Origin: a virus
IMG/VR virus record: IMGVR_UViG_3300031576_000021
Location: 24,218-88,217 of that record
Direction: 5' to 3' (one strand)
Length of the DNA: 64,000 bases
The notes under the pieces are model-generated. The model saw only the letters and a list, made by a program, of their open reading frames with translations. It was not told where the DNA came from and made no database searches. Within the stretch, counting starts at the first letter, position 1; the number at the start of each line of letters is the position of its first letter. Position numbers and translations under genes: made by a program. Below are positions 9,580 through 20,274 of the stretch, piece by piece.

Positions 9580-9825
9580 CACCTGCCTCGAAGCGAAAGC
9601 GAACAGTCAGGCGACACTGGGCCGCGCGGCGCAACGTGGGTAGCTGAGCATCTGGCCGGCGGCGACTTCAGGGTCTGGGTTGATGGGTTGCACATCATCG
9701 TCCGCTGTCTGGAGTGCAAAGCCGAAGTGCTGGTGCCGCCCGACGTACTGGCGGCGTGGCCGGAGGATGTGACGGTAGATGTCCATGGGCACTGGAACGA
9801 TTGACCGCGCACGGGAGGTGGCAGC

Positions 9826-10032
9826 GTGAAAATCCACGGCATTGAGTATTCGCAGGAGGATCTAGATCGCATGGCCGGCGACTGCGTGACGCGGGTCGGC
9901 AACACGATCGAGGATGTGCTCGGGAAGATTGGGCACCTCGGGCCGGCATTCACGATCCGGGTGGCGCGAGGAATCCTGCGTGTGGCGCTCGTGCGTACTG
10001 TGCCACTGTGCCGCGGAGCGAAGGCAAGCTGA
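9826..10032 (+). CDS. Hypothetical protein
   Basis: GGAGG RBS, GTG start. Confidence 0.5.
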   Translation: MKIHGIEYSQEDLDRMAGDCVTRVGNTIEDVLGKIGHLGPAFTIRVARGILRVALVRTVPLCRGAKAS

Positions 10033-10094
10033 GTCTATGGATGTTCGCGGCGCTGTGCCTACGCTCACTGCCCGCGGAGAGGGAACATTAAACC

Positions 10095-10448
10095 ATGGCG
10101 ATTGACCGGCTCGTCGCCGATCTCTCGCGGCTGCGCATCCGCTACCAGACGGAGCGCGAGCTACAGGAAGCGCTCGCTGAGGCGTTGCTCGAAGAAGGCT
10201 GGCCGGTCGAAGAGGAGCACGTCATCGCCGCCGGCCGCGTCGACCTCTGGTGCGACGGCATCGCCATCGAGATCAAATGCAAGGGGAGCCACGGCGAGGT
10301 GCTCCGCCAGGTGCATCGGTACGCCAGCGATCCGGCCGTGACCGGCGTGATCCTCGTGACCGACAAGCTCCAGCATGCGCGCGGCTACCCGGCGACGATG
10401 GCCGAGAAGCCGGTGCGGGTCGTGTGCCTCCTGGGCGGGATGCGATGA
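10095..10448 (+). CDS. Small PD-(D/E)XK nuclease-like protein
   Basis: ERELQ...GRVDL...IAIEIK...QVHRY; coupled to helicase. Confidence 0.7.
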   Translation: MAIDRLVADLSRLRIRYQTERELQEALAEALLEEGWPVEEEHVIAAGRVDLWCDGIAIEIKCKGSHGEVLRQVHRYASDPAVTGVILVTDKLQHARGYPATMAEKPVRVVCLLGGMR

Positions 10449-13400
10449 GTGGGACAACTATAGGACAGATGGCGGATAACTGTCGGCCCGACGGTGCGCT
10501 TACCTACGTCGCCGGGAGCTGGGAAGTTACGGCACCGCCGCACATCCTGCAACGCCTGAAACGGGTGTTCGCCGGCATTCACGAGCGGAACATCCACATT
10601 GCCCGGCTCTCCGACACGCCGGCCGTCGCGTACGATCTGCAATGGTTCTTGCAGCGCCATCCGCTGACCATCTCGCGGGAGAACAGCGCCCGGTTGACGC
10701 AGCGGGCGGCGGCCTACGCGCAGCGGCAAGAGGACGTGCAGGCCATCCTCACGCACGGGCCACGCGAGACGTTCCCGCTAGCGTTGCCGCCACGGGACTA
10801 CCAGCGCGTCGCGGCCGAGCTGGTGCTGCGCACGGGTGGGTTACTCCTCAGTGACGACGTTGGCATTGGCAAAACGGCGGTGGGCATCTGTCTGCTTGTG
10901 CAGAAGGTTGCGCGGCCTGCTCTTGTGGTGACGCTCACGCACCTAACGCTCCAGTGGGCCGCTGAGATTCGGAAGTTCGCGCCACAGCTGCGCACGCACA
11001 TCGTGCGACGCGGGACGCCATATCGCATGGCCGATGCGCGTGGCGAGCCGGACGTCGTGATCATGAACTACCACAAACTCGCCGGATGGGCGGGAGCGCT
11101 GGCGCCCGTCATGCGCGCGATCGTGTTCGATGAAGTGCAAGAACTGCGGACGGGGGAGAACGCGAATGGCAACCCAGTCCAGAAGTACGTTGCGGCCAAA
11201 CAGATCGCGCTGCGGTGTGCGTATCGGCTCGGACTGAGTGTTGGTCCGCGCAGCGTCGTGGAATTGCGTGGTGGACCGTTCGGGGACGGGTGGGTGGGCT
11301 CCATCGAGGATGCCTGGGGTCTGGCTCGCGACGCGGCACCGCACTTCAAATGGCGTACTGGAGGCTACGAGCTACTGACGGAGGTCGCGGCAGAATCGCG
11401 TGGATGGGACGATGCGCGCGGCGTCTTTTGCTGGAAACCCGTACGGACATTCATTCGGCATTTATGCGATCGTGGTGTGCGCGAAGTGCAGTGTGGTGGG
11501 CAGCGCTTAACGTTGACGGACGACCACGCAATCTATCGCGCAACGCAAGCCGGCTTCGAGTCTGTGAGGGCGGACGCACTCGCCCCTGGGGATATTGTGC
11601 CGGTCGACACGGGGGGCGGGTGGACGTCGGGCATGCATGAGCAGCCATTTGACGTGACGGCGCTGCACGTCGACCGCGCGCAGATCAATGTCAACCTGTC
11701 GCGTGTCTCGCGACGCGTCGTGGGCATGCGTCCTTGGGAATGGCGGAATTGCCACACGGAGGCGACGTACGGCCCGCGGCTGCCGCTGCGGGTCTACCGG
11801 CAGCATCGTGAGCGATTCCCGGTAGTCGGGCCGGTCTATGTCGGTCGTGGTCGTGCAGCGGCGTTGCCTGCTGCCCTCCGACTGAGCGACATGGCATATG
11901 TCTTGGGATTTTATCTCGGGGACGGCTGGGTGAGCGGGCCGCGCGTATGCTTTGCGGTCGAGCAGGCTCGCGTCGCGGACTTCACGGAGCGGCTGGAGGC
12001 GTTGCCATTCGGATTGCGTCCCAAGGTGCGCACGATGCGTGGCGCGTCGGTGGAAATTCGCTGCACGCACGTACTCCTTGCTGAAGTGCTTCGGCAGGTC
12101 GTGCCCGGCCGCTGCTATGACAAGGCCATTCCGGCGGAATGGATCATGACGTGGCCGGAAGCGGCGCGACGCGAGTTGGCGCGTGGGTTGGTTGATTCGG
12201 ATGGCCATGTGTCGCGACCCGGACGGCGGTGGGGCGCAGCCTACTCCACGACGTCATCCATCCTAGCCATGGGGTTCATGACGCTGCTGCGCAGCCTCGG
12301 CGTTCGGCCCGGCCTGCATGTGCGCATTCCCATGGATGGAGGAGTGATCGATGGTCGACAGATTCGCGGGCGCCGCGTGAGCTACCAGGTGTATTGGAGT
12401 TGGGCCGCGTTTGTCGGTGCGCATGGCCGATACGTCGGGCATCGTTACCGGCACGGCTCGCGGCTGACGTTTAACGAAGCGCGCGTCTCGGGATCGCACA
12501 GTGTGCCGCCACCGCGGTACGTCTATGACCTGGAAATGGATGGGCACCCGTCGTTCGTTGCGAACGGGTTGCTTGTGCACAATTCGGCCACCCCATTCTA
12601 CAACTACGGCGGCGAGCTGTGGAACGTCTTGAACGTCCTACAGCCGGGCTGCCTCGGCTCACGCCTGGAGTTCGACATCGCCTACACGACGCGCGTCGGC
12701 AACGGCAAGACGGCGATCCGCGAGCCGCGCGCCTTCGGCACGTTCCTCCGCAGCGAGGGGATCATGCTCCGGCGCACGCGCGAAGACGTCGGCCGCGAGC
12801 TGCCGCCCGTGATTCGCATCCCGCACGTCATCGAGGCCGATGCGTCGGTCCTCGACAAGATCAAGACCAGTGCGGCCGAGCTGGCGCGAATCATTCTGGG
12901 AGCGAGCGAGCAATTCCGTGGGCAGAAGATGCAAGCAGCGGAGGAACTGTCGAGCCAGCTACGACAGCATACGGGGCTGGCAAAGGCCCCCTTTGTGGCT
13001 GCCTTCGTCCGCATGCTGGTCGAGCAGGGCGAGCAAGTCGTGCTCTTTGGATGGCACCATGCCTGCTACAGTCTCTGGCGAGAATTACTCACGCCGTGCG
13101 GCGTGGTCTTCTACACGGGAGCGCAGTCCGTCCCGCAGAGGGAAGAGGCCCGCAAGACGTTTCTCGACGGCACGGCCAAAGTGCTGGTCATGTCGCTGCG
13201 GGCTGGCGCTGGTCTCGACGGATTGCAAGGTGCCTGCCGCACGGTCGTCTTCGGCGAGCTGGACTGGAGCCCGGGGGCCATGGAGCAGTGCCTCTCGGGA
13301 GATACCGAGATCCTGACGCCAGACGGATTCCGTGGACCGGACGACATCTCCGTCGGCGATCTGGTCTGTGGCTTCGAGCCAAGCACCGGCTCGATGCGAT

Positions 13401-14728
13401 GGGTGCCGGCGCAGGCTAAGACCGACCGGCAGCGCGGACCAACGGAGCGCATGTACGCAACCGCCACCGAAAAGATCGACGTCCGCGTAACCGAAGACCA
13501 CCAGATGTTGGTACGACGACAGCAGCGCACAACGCACGGGGTGCGCCGGTCCACATGGGCATTCTCGACCGCCCGTGACGTTGCCAACAGGCACCGTCGA
13601 TATATCCCGACCTGTGGACAGCAAAACGCGGCCGGCGTGCCGTTAACAGCACATGAACTCCGGCTGATTGGGTGGTTCCTGTCTGACGGCAACCTGAATC
13701 TCCATTCACGCACGCTCACAATTTATCAGGCCGCCCACCAGCCGTGGAACGCTAACATCATCGACACGCTGGACGGATGTGGCCTTAAGTGGTCGCGATT
13801 CCAACGAACCAGCCCGAAAGGGACGTTGATGAACTGGTACATGGTGCCGCGCGGGACGTTGAGGCCCTGGTCACGACGAGACACGATCACGATGCGCGAC
13901 ATGCTGGCCGATGGGGCAACCTATACCACGATCGCTGCGGCGCTCGGGCGTTCGGCTGCGGCGATTGGAAAGAAGGCAAGGCGCGTGGATTCCTGGCATC
14001 GTGGCGCAGAGCGCGTGGGCCGTGGCTGGGATCATCTGGGCGAATATCTCGACAAAGATTTGAGCCCCAGACTTGAGTTGGCGACCTCTGAGCAGTTGGA
14101 GCACCTCATCGAAGGGATACATCTCGGAGATGGGAGCAAGAACGACAAGCACGTGCGGCGGATCTACAGCATCAACAAGCGATTCCTTGACCGCCTCCAG
14201 TCGCTCTGCGTGCGACGCGGGCTCTCGGCGCATATCTCTCCTCCGCGCGGTGGCGGCAAACCAATCTATACGATCTTCATTTCACGCAGCGCAGATGCCG
14301 TGCTCCCGCGCGGCGTAAAGCCAAATGCATTCGGGATCGTATCCAGCAGTCCCAGTGAGCGAGTCTGGTGCGTGACGAACGCTCTTGGCACGCTGGTTAC
14401 ACGGCGCCACGGAAAGGTCGCGATCGTCGGCAACTGTGTGGGGCGTGTGCATCGTGATGGGCAGGCCGAACCCGTACGGGCGTTCTTCCTCTACGCCGAA
14501 ACCGGGTCCGATCCGATCATGATCGACGTGCTCGGCGTCAAGCGGCAGCAGATCGAGAACGTGCGGGACCCCGACGCCGATTTCATCGAGAAGCTAGAGG
14601 TGTCGGGCGACCACGTCCGGCGGCTGGCCGAGGCGTATCTGGCGGGACTTGACACAAGGGCCGCAATAGGCCATAACGGACCCAAAGCGGCGCCACGGAG
14701 CGCCATGGTGGCTGCACGGAAGGTATGA
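10445..14728 (+). CDS. SNF2-related helicase with two LAGLIDADG inteins
   Basis: [14 protein letters not shown]; LGL|SATP and EQ|CVGRVHR are restored after removing the inteins. Confidence 0.9.
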   Translation: MSGTTIGQMADNCRPDGALTYVAGSWEVTAPPHILQRLKRVFAGIHERNIHIARLSDTPAVAYDLQWFLQRHPLTISRENSARLTQRAAAYAQRQEDVQAILTHGPRETFPLALPPRDYQRVAAELVLRTGGLLLSDDVGIGKTAVGICLLVQKVARPALVVTLTHLTLQWAAEIRKFAPQLRTHIVRRGTPYRMADARGEPDVVIMNYHKLAGWAGALAPVMRAIVFDEVQELRTGENANGNPVQKYVAAKQIALRCAYRLGLSVGPRSVVELRGGPFGDGWVGSIEDAWGLARDAAPHFKWRTGGYELLTEVAAESRGWDDARGVFCWKPVRTFIRHLCDRGVREVQCGGQRLTLTDDHAIYRATQAGFESVRADALAPGDIVPVDTGGGWTSGMHEQPFDVTALHVDRAQINVNLSRVSRRVVGMRPWEWRNCHTEATYGPRLPLRVYRQHRERFPVVGPVYVGRGRAAALPAALRLSDMAYVLGFYLGDGWVSGPRVCFAVEQARVADFTERLEALPFGLRPKVRTMRGASVEIRCTHVLLAEVLRQVVPGRCYDKAIPAEWIMTWPEAARRELARGLVDSDGHVSRPGRRWGAAYSTTSSILAMGFMTLLRSLGVRPGLHVRIPMDGGVIDGRQIRGRRVSYQVYWSWAAFVGAHGRYVGHRYRHGSRLTFNEARVSGSHSVPPPRYVYDLEMDGHPSFVANGLLVHNSATPFYNYGGELWNVLNVLQPGCLGSRLEFDIAYTTRVGNGKTAIREPRAFGTFLRSEGIMLRRTREDVGRELPPVIRIPHVIEADASVLDKIKTSAAELARIILGASEQFRGQKMQAAEELSSQLRQHTGLAKAPFVAAFVRMLVEQGEQVVLFGWHHACYSLWRELLTPCGVVFYTGAQSVPQREEARKTFLDGTAKVLVMSLRAGAGLDGLQGACRTVVFGELDWSPGAMEQCLSGDTEILTPDGFRGPDDISVGDLVCGFEPSTGSMRWVPAQAKTDRQRGPTERMYATATEKIDVRVTEDHQMLVRRQQRTTHGVRRSTWAFSTARDVANRHRRYIPTCGQQNAAGVPLTAHELRLIGWFLSDGNLNLHSRTLTIYQAAHQPWNANIIDTLDGCGLKWSRFQRTSPKGTLMNWYMVPRGTLRPWSRRDTITMRDMLADGATYTTIAAALGRSAAAIGKKARRVDSWHRGAERVGRGWDHLGEYLDKDLSPRLELATSEQLEHLIEGIHLGDGSKNDKHVRRIYSINKRFLDRLQSLCVRRGLSAHISPPRGGGKPIYTIFISRSADAVLPRGVKPNAFGIVSSSPSERVWCVTNALGTLVTRRHGKVAIVGNCVGRVHRDGQAEPVRAFFLYAETGSDPIMIDVLGVKRQQIENVRDPDADFIEKLEVSGDHVRRLAEAYLAGLDTRAAIGHNGPKAAPRSAMVAARKV
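11237..12583 (+). other. Intein 1 of helicase (449 aa, Ser1, LAGLIDADG endonuclease)
   Basis: SVGPRSVV start, TDDH block B, LGFYLGDG and GLVDSDG, VYDLEMD...LLVHN|S. Confidence 0.9.
13289..14434 (+). other. Intein 2 of helicase (382 aa, LAGLIDADG, ends GN)
   Basis: [22 protein letters not shown] and GIHLGDG, VWCVT...IVGN|C. Confidence 0.9.
14649..14677 (+). promoter_or_regulatory. Promoter TTGACA(CAA)-17-CATAAC inside the helicase 3' end
   Basis: Same CTTGACACAA...GGC motif as other copies; upstream of 14725. Confidence 0.55.
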
Positions 14729-15183
14729 GTGTTCTCAATCGGTGGGCAAACGCGGTGCTGCGCGAGAGTGTGGCCCGCGTCATAGCGCGCCAGGAGGGCC
14801 GCATGATACGGGAAGCACAGGACGAAGATTCTCGGCGCGCACAGCTAGTGGCGCTGGTCGATCAGGCCGGCGACTTGCTGCGGGCCAAGGGCGAGGCCGA
14901 GCGGCACTACAACGATGCGCGGAGCGAGATCGCATCGCTTCTGGGGCTGCTCGATCTGACCGAGATCGAAGGCGAGCGGTTCGCCGCCAGCATGAAAGAG
15001 AAGATCGAGCACTACATCGACCCGGTGGCGTTCATCGCCGAGACGACGCAGAAGGTGCAGCGCCAGTGCTTGGCAGTCGTGATGGTCAAGGCGAGGGAGG
15101 CGCTTGGTCCCGAGCGGTACTCCGCATTGGAGCGGAGCCGCGAGGGGCGGCCGTCGTTGCGGGTGACGGAGCGGAAGCTATGA
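14725..15183 (+). CDS. Hypothetical protein
   Basis: Coupled ATGA junctions; N-terminus resembles that of the next gene. Confidence 0.65.
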   Translation: MSVLNRWANAVLRESVARVIARQEGRMIREAQDEDSRRAQLVALVDQAGDLLRAKGEAERHYNDARSEIASLLGLLDLTEIEGERFAASMKEKIEHYIDPVAFIAETTQKVQRQCLAVVMVKAREALGPERYSALERSREGRPSLRVTERKL

Positions 15184-15851
15184 AAATTCTCAATCGGTGG
15201 ACCCAGGCCGTGCTACGCGAGAGTGCGGCTGATACGCTCCGTGACGCAGTGCTGGAGGCGGTGGCGTGCGGCGCGGACCTCGGCGACGCGGACCTCCGCG
15301 ACGCGGACCTCGGCGGCGCGGACCTCCGCGGCGCGGACCTCGGCGGCGCGGACCTCGGCGGCGCGGACCTCGGCGGCGCGAACCTCGGCGGCGCGGACCT
15401 CGGCGGCGCGGACCTCCGCGGCGCGAACCTCCGCGGCGCGAACCTCCGCGGCGCGGACCTCCGCGGCGCGGACCTCGGCGACGCGAACCTCCGCGGCGCG
15501 GACCTCGGCGACGCGAACCACTCCGCGCCGCTCCGCATGGCGCGGAACGATTTATGGGCCGTACTCGACGCGGCCCCGAACGAAGTGGCGGGGCTCCTCG
15601 CCGCGGTGGAGGAGGGGCGGGTCAATGGATCTACCTACGAAGGGGACTGCGCGTGCTTACTCGGGACGATCGGCAACGTTCGTGGCTGCCGCTACGATGT
15701 ACTCGGCATTCTGCCGGACAGCAGCCGGCCCGCCGAACGCTGGTTCCTGTCGCTCACGCCCGGTCACACGCCAGAAATCTCGGTGTACGCTGCCCTTACG
15801 GCCGCATGGATCAAGGAATGGCGGCTGCGACACACGGAGAGTGCTGGATGA
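15180..15851 (+). CDS. Pentapeptide-repeat protein
   Basis: About 16 A(D/N)L(G/R)(G/D) repeats followed by a [18 protein letters not shown] domain. Confidence 0.9.
   Translation: MKILNRWTQAVLRESAADTLRDAVLEAVACGADLGDADLRDADLGGADLRGADLGGADLGGADLGGANLGGADLGGADLRGANLRGANLRGADLRGADLGDANLRGADLGDANHSAPLRMARNDLWAVLDAAPNEVAGLLAAVEEGRVNGSTYEGDCACLLGTIGNVRGCRYDVLGILPDSSRPAERWFLSLTPGHTPEISVYAALTAAWIKEWRLRHTESAG
15272..15518 (+). repeat. 15-bp coding tandem repeat GCG(G/A)ACCTC(G/C)GCG(G/A)C
   Basis: Directly visible; encodes the pentapeptide repeats. Confidence 0.9.
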
Positions 15852-16038
15852 TCATGACGACGTTGTCACAGACGGCGGTGGCTGCCGTCGGCGACCTCGA
15901 CCTGACGACCCGCGATGTCGTCGAGGAGTTGATCGCCGACGCAGACGACGGAGGAGCGCTCCTCGCGGAGCTAGAGGATCTACGCGGGCAGCTGGCGAAG
16001 TCGGTGGAAGCCCTCGACGTGCTGCTGCGGGAGTTCGC

Positions 16039-17016
16039 ATGACGCTCGCGACGTCCGTCGCGGCCCAACCGCGTCAAGAGCTGGCCGAGGCCGAACGGGG
16101 TGTGGCGATCATCGAGCTGCGCTCGATCGATGTCCAGGCGGAAGCGGCCTTCCTCAAAGAGTTGCAGGCATTCGTGCAGGTCGTCATGCGCGAGGGGACC
16201 GACTACGGCGTTATCCCGGGCACGAAGAAGAAGTCGCTGTGGAGTGCCGGGGCCGACAAGCTGATTCAGGTCTATCACATGGCGCCGAAGTACGAGGAGA
16301 TGGCGTCAGCCGAGCGTTGGCCTGCCGGGACCGACAACGGCTTCATCATGTACCGCTTCCGCTGCGACCTCTACGATCTCCAGAGCGGCCTCTATCTCGG
16401 CACGGGGTTCGGCGCGTGCAATTCGATGGAGGAGAAATACCGCTGGCGACGCGGCTACCCGAAGTGTCCGAAGTGCAGCAAACCAGCGATCGTTTGGTCG
16501 CAGCGTGACAGCAATTACTGGTGCCACTACGAGCAAGGCGGATGCCGGCGGTCGTTCGACAAGGACGATGGCGTGATCCTCGCGCAGCTACCCGTCTGGG
16601 ATGAGAACGACGACGTTGCCGGGTTGCAGAACACGATCTACAAGATGTCGGCCAAGCGGGCGAAGGTGGCGGCGGTGCAGTCGCGGACCCGATCCAGCGG
16701 CCTCTTCGACGAGCGCGGCGACCACGGCGACGAGCCGCGTGGGCGTGGCGATCTCCGCGACGGCGACCCAGGTGTGGACGCTGGCGGCGACGAGGGGAAG
16801 CCGCCTCCCGAGGGGAGTGTTCCGTCCGATGGGGAGATGCTGAACGATGCCGAGCGCCAGGAAATCAACCGTGGCCTTGGAGCCGCGCGGCTCACATTGC
16901 GCCATCTGATCGACTTCCTCGGGCCTCATGGCGTCGAGAGCATCGGGAATGGTATCCCTCGGCGGCTCAAGCCGGCGATCGAGCAATGGATGCACGACCA
17001 TACCGAGAAACGATGA
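16039..17016 (+). CDS. Conserved phage protein, putative ssDNA-annealing/recombination protein with Zn-finger insert
   Basis: DYGVIPGT...GADKL, GFGACNSMEEKY, NTIYKMSAKRA; located in recombination block. Confidence 0.55.
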   Translation: MTLATSVAAQPRQELAEAERGVAIIELRSIDVQAEAAFLKELQAFVQVVMREGTDYGVIPGTKKKSLWSAGADKLIQVYHMAPKYEEMASAERWPAGTDNGFIMYRFRCDLYDLQSGLYLGTGFGACNSMEEKYRWRRGYPKCPKCSKPAIVWSQRDSNYWCHYEQGGCRRSFDKDDGVILAQLPVWDENDDVAGLQNTIYKMSAKRAKVAAVQSRTRSSGLFDERGDHGDEPRGRGDLRDGDPGVDAGGDEGKPPPEGSVPSDGEMLNDAERQEINRGLGAARLTLRHLIDFLGPHGVESIGNGIPRRLKPAIEQWMHDHTEKR

Positions 17017-17117
17017 CGTGCCGGCGTCGGCACGGCCGGGGGCTTCCGCTTACACCCGCCCCACCGCGAACCGGAGGCGGGCTGGCGACGGATCGCTAGC
17101 CCGCCCCTGGGGATGAC

Positions 17118-17633
17118 ATGACAGACGAGCGACGACGACAGTATCAAGCCGCCTACTATCAGCGGACGAAGACGAAGCGCCGGGCGGCATGGCTCCATCG
17201 CTACCAGACGGACCCCACGTTTCGGAAGCGGCACCAGAAGTCCGCGCGGCTGCATAGCCGGCTCGTGACGTCGTTGCGGAAGCTGGAGCCCAAGCCGGAA
17301 CGCCCGACCGGCCGAACGCGGGCCTTGCCGCGTGTGGTCACGATCGACGGACGGCAAGTGCGGGTCTACACGGTGGGCGACATCGCCGTACTCGTGAACC
17401 GCGGCGTGAAGGCGGTCCGGTTCTGGGTGACGCAGGGTTCGTTACCCGCGCCAGCTTACCGGGACAAGGGCCGCGGCTGGTTTCTGTTTAGCGAGGCGCA
17501 GCGGGGCGTGATCGAGCGGGCGGCAACCGAGAGTGGAATCGGCGCGCTGCGCGGGGCCAACCCGTTCGCGCCGGAGACCCGTTCGGCGCTCGCGCAGTTC
17601 TTCGCGCTCGCACGCAAGCGGTGGCCAGCATGA
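17118..17633 (+). CDS. MerR/excisionase-like winged-HTH DNA-binding protein
   Basis: YTVGDIAVLVNRGVKAVRFWVTQGSLPAP...GWFLFSEAQ. Confidence 0.65.
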   Translation: MTDERRRQYQAAYYQRTKTKRRAAWLHRYQTDPTFRKRHQKSARLHSRLVTSLRKLEPKPERPTGRTRALPRVVTIDGRQVRVYTVGDIAVLVNRGVKAVRFWVTQGSLPAPAYRDKGRGWFLFSEAQRGVIERAATESGIGALRGANPFAPETRSALAQFFALARKRWPA

Positions 17634-17827
17634 GCGCGCGTCGCCGCCGTATCGGTAGCCGGCCGTATCACATGGCCGACAAGATCAGCGAGGACGGCCG
17701 CGTGTCGGCAGTCTGCTTCACGTCGCGCCGGGCAATCAACCTGAAGCTCGCCTATTGGACGAATCGGTGGGAAGCGGTGACGTGCAAGAAATGCCTGGCG
17801 CTGCGCCCTAGGGAGGGAACCATATGA
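17630..17827 (+). CDS. Small Zn-binding hypothetical protein
   Basis: H...C...VTCKKC. Confidence 0.55.
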   Translation: MSARRRRIGSRPYHMADKISEDGRVSAVCFTSRRAINLKLAYWTNRWEAVTCKKCLALRPREGTI

Positions 17828-17945
17828 CGCTACTCGTGGCCTGTATTATTTCCGCTGGATTCACCATCCCGATCGGCTGGCGCTTCGTGCGGGTGGATGT
17901 CAGCCCCGCAGATCGTGGGAGGCTCGAAGCGGCAAGGGGGAGTGA

Positions 17946-18329
17946 ATGGCCGAACCAGAGATCGTGACTATCCGTGGGTTGGTGATGCCGGAGATCCTCG
18001 ATCTCGGGGAGCAGCTGATTACCGTCCGAGCGTTGCCGACCAACGTGGCCCGCGCGACGGTGGGGATCGACTACACGTTGACCGTGAAGACGGGCGCCAG
18101 CGAAGACGTGGCCGGTGGGGTGCAGTTCATGAAGGTGAGCCACTCGCTACACGTCCAGTGCTTGCCCGAGGAGGAGCCGCTCGTACGGAAGGCCGCCTCG
18201 GAGTACCTCGCGCGGGTGTGTGCGGCCGAGCGCGACGCGATCGTGGCCGAGTACGGGCTCCCGGCACCGGGACGACCAATAGCGGAACGGTCGCCGGAGA
18301 CCGATGGCGCGCAAGCCAAAGTCGGCTAA
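17946..18329 (+). CDS. Hypothetical protein
   Basis: GGGAG RBS, 127 aa. Confidence 0.6.
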   Translation: MAEPEIVTIRGLVMPEILDLGEQLITVRALPTNVARATVGIDYTLTVKTGASEDVAGGVQFMKVSHSLHVQCLPEEEPLVRKAASEYLARVCAAERDAIVAEYGLPAPGRPIAERSPETDGAQAKVG

Positions 18330-19503
18330 GGCGAAAGCCGAGAAAGCGCCCAAGGCGCCCAAAGCGAAGAAGCCGAAGAAGGTTGCTGCCGTCGCGGGCG
18401 AGACGATCGCCGACGTGGTCGTTGATCTGGAAGAGAAGCACGGGCCGAATCTCTTGATCCCGGCGTCGAAGATCGGGTCGCTGCGTCGGCATCCGACGGG
18501 CATCTTCGCACTCGACCTGGCGCTCGCGGGTGGATTCGCACAGGGGCGGTACTCGCTGATCTGGGGTCGGAAGGGCGGCGGCAAGACGACGTTGCTGCTC
18601 AAGCTGGTTGCCGAGTATCAGCGACGCTGCGGACTCTGTCTCCGAATAGACGAACGATGCGCTTGCAAGGGCGGCCCGCGCAAGCCGCGGATCTGGTGGG
18701 GCGACATCGAACGGGCCTGGGATAGTGACTGGGCGGTGGCGTGCGGCGTTCAGCTGATCCATCCCGACGGCGACGACTGGGTGCACATCACCCGACCCGA
18801 CTACGCCGAGCAGGCAATCGATATCGCCCATGCGGTCATGCGCGTGCCCGAGGTGGGGATCGGCGTCATCGATTCGCTGGCGCAGATGAATCCGACGGCC
18901 GAGGTCGAAGAGTCGGCCATGCAGCAGTTCCAGGCGTTGAAGGCACGCACGATCAGCCGGCTCTTGACGAAGGTGTCGTCGGCGCTGAACCAACGCGGGC
19001 GGACGTGCGAGATTGCGCCATCGTTCTTCTGTATCAATCAGATGCGTGAGAAGCTGAGTGCGGGCCGGACCATCGAGATCCGGCCGGGGGGCCACTACCA
19101 AACCTTCGCCGCAAGCACGGTGCTACGCATCCGGCCACGGGTCGGCGAGCAGACGGCGGCCTACGAATGGGAGACCGAGAAGCCGAAGGAGCTGACGGCG
19201 CCGTCGCGGGTCGTGACGGCGTTCCTGGTCGAGGAGTCGAAGGTGTCACCGCCACGGATTCACGGCGAGTACGCCATGTTTCTGCGTGGGGAGCGGCAGG
19301 GACAGACCGACGATCTTGGGACCGTGATCGAGCAAGCCTACCGCTATGGGCTGATCCCGCGGGACGGCACGAAAATCCCGCTCCATGACCAAACGTTCGG
19401 CACGCGGGAGGAATTGTCCGCGCACTGGTTGCAGAATCCGGCAGACTTCGCTACAGCCCGCGAGCAGGTGATCGCCCTCGCCAATGGGCCGGCACGAGTA
19501 TGA
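18304..19503 (+). CDS. recA: RecA/UvsX-like recombinase
   Basis: PTGIFALDLALAGGFAQGR, GRKGGGKTT, VIDSLA, INQMREK, PGGH. Confidence 0.9.
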   Translation: MARKPKSAKAKAEKAPKAPKAKKPKKVAAVAGETIADVVVDLEEKHGPNLLIPASKIGSLRRHPTGIFALDLALAGGFAQGRYSLIWGRKGGGKTTLLLKLVAEYQRRCGLCLRIDERCACKGGPRKPRIWWGDIERAWDSDWAVACGVQLIHPDGDDWVHITRPDYAEQAIDIAHAVMRVPEVGIGVIDSLAQMNPTAEVEESAMQQFQALKARTISRLLTKVSSALNQRGRTCEIAPSFFCINQMREKLSAGRTIEIRPGGHYQTFAASTVLRIRPRVGEQTAAYEWETEKPKELTAPSRVVTAFLVEESKVSPPRIHGEYAMFLRGERQGQTDDLGTVIEQAYRYGLIPRDGTKIPLHDQTFGTREELSAHWLQNPADFATAREQVIALANGPARV

Positions 19504-19523
19504 GGGCGAAGTGAGGGACGGGC

Positions 19524-19871
19524 GTGCGATGGAAGGTGGGCGAACGGGCGAGCATCCCGCGACGCATGACGCGGGAAGGGCGGCAGTGGCGCGACTGCCT
19601 ACTCACGCTGGTCCGGGCGTATCAGGAATGGGACGGTACGCCGACGACGGAGCCGTCGGTCGAGATCGATCCGGGCAGTACCAGCGCCGAGATCGTCCGC
19701 AAGCGGCTGCAACGCTTCGTCGACTACCATCCCGACGTGCTGCGCGGCTGGAAGATTCGCACGGCGAATCGGGCTCGTGGAAACGGGCAGTACCTGTTCG
19801 TCTGGCTGCGGAGGGCTCGTGGTAGCGGCGTCAAAGATCAGCCGGAGGCACGAGGAGCGGGTCGCTCGTGA
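19524..19871 (+). CDS. Hypothetical protein
   Basis: GTG ORF between recA and the resolvase-like gene. Confidence 0.45.
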   Translation: MRWKVGERASIPRRMTREGRQWRDCLLTLVRAYQEWDGTPTTEPSVEIDPGSTSAEIVRKRLQRFVDYHPDVLRGWKIRTANRARGNGQYLFVWLRRARGSGVKDQPEARGAGRS

Positions 19872-20274
19872 GGTTGGGGGTCGCCGGCAGCCGGGGAGTG
19901 GCAACCGCTCCGGGTTCGAGGGCGACATCCGGACCGAGCGGTGGCTGATCGAGCACAAGTACACGACAACGGCGAGCTTTCGAGTGACTCCCGCCCTGCT
20001 CGCGAAGATCGAAGGCGAGGCGAGCCTGCGGTACCCGCCGCTCCAGCCGGCCGTCATCGTCGCCTATGTGCGCCGCGCGGCGCCCATCTATCCGATCGCC
20101 CGGTGGTGGCTCTGTCGAGCGTGTGACGTTGCGGACCCTCCATCGAGGGTGGTGGAAGTCATTGAAGGATGGGTAGTCACGCTCAGCGGCCTGTTGGAGT
20201 TACGGCGGGCGGGGCGCATGGTGGTTCTTCCCGACCAGCGGTGGGTGGCCATGCCCTTCGAGATGACATGCTAG
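19819..20274 (+). CDS. Hjc-like PD-(D/E)XK endonuclease / junction resolvase
   Basis: HEERVA...GGRRQPGSG...GDI...LIEHKYT. Confidence 0.7.
   Translation: MVAASKISRRHEERVAREVGGRRQPGSGNRSGFEGDIRTERWLIEHKYTTTASFRVTPALLAKIEGEASLRYPPLQPAVIVAYVRRAAPIYPIARWWLCRACDVADPPSRVVEVIEGWVVTLSGLLELRRAGRMVVLPDQRWVAMPFEMTC

Noticed and set aside
15272-15518. Regular repeat array as a possible CRISPR
   Set aside because: 15-bp tandem units with no spacers, in frame in a pentapeptide-repeat gene
17037-17110. Strong intergenic hairpins (GGCGGGCTGGCGA/TCGCTAGCCCGCC)
   Set aside because: No match to an RNA family I recognise and no U tail; insufficient support
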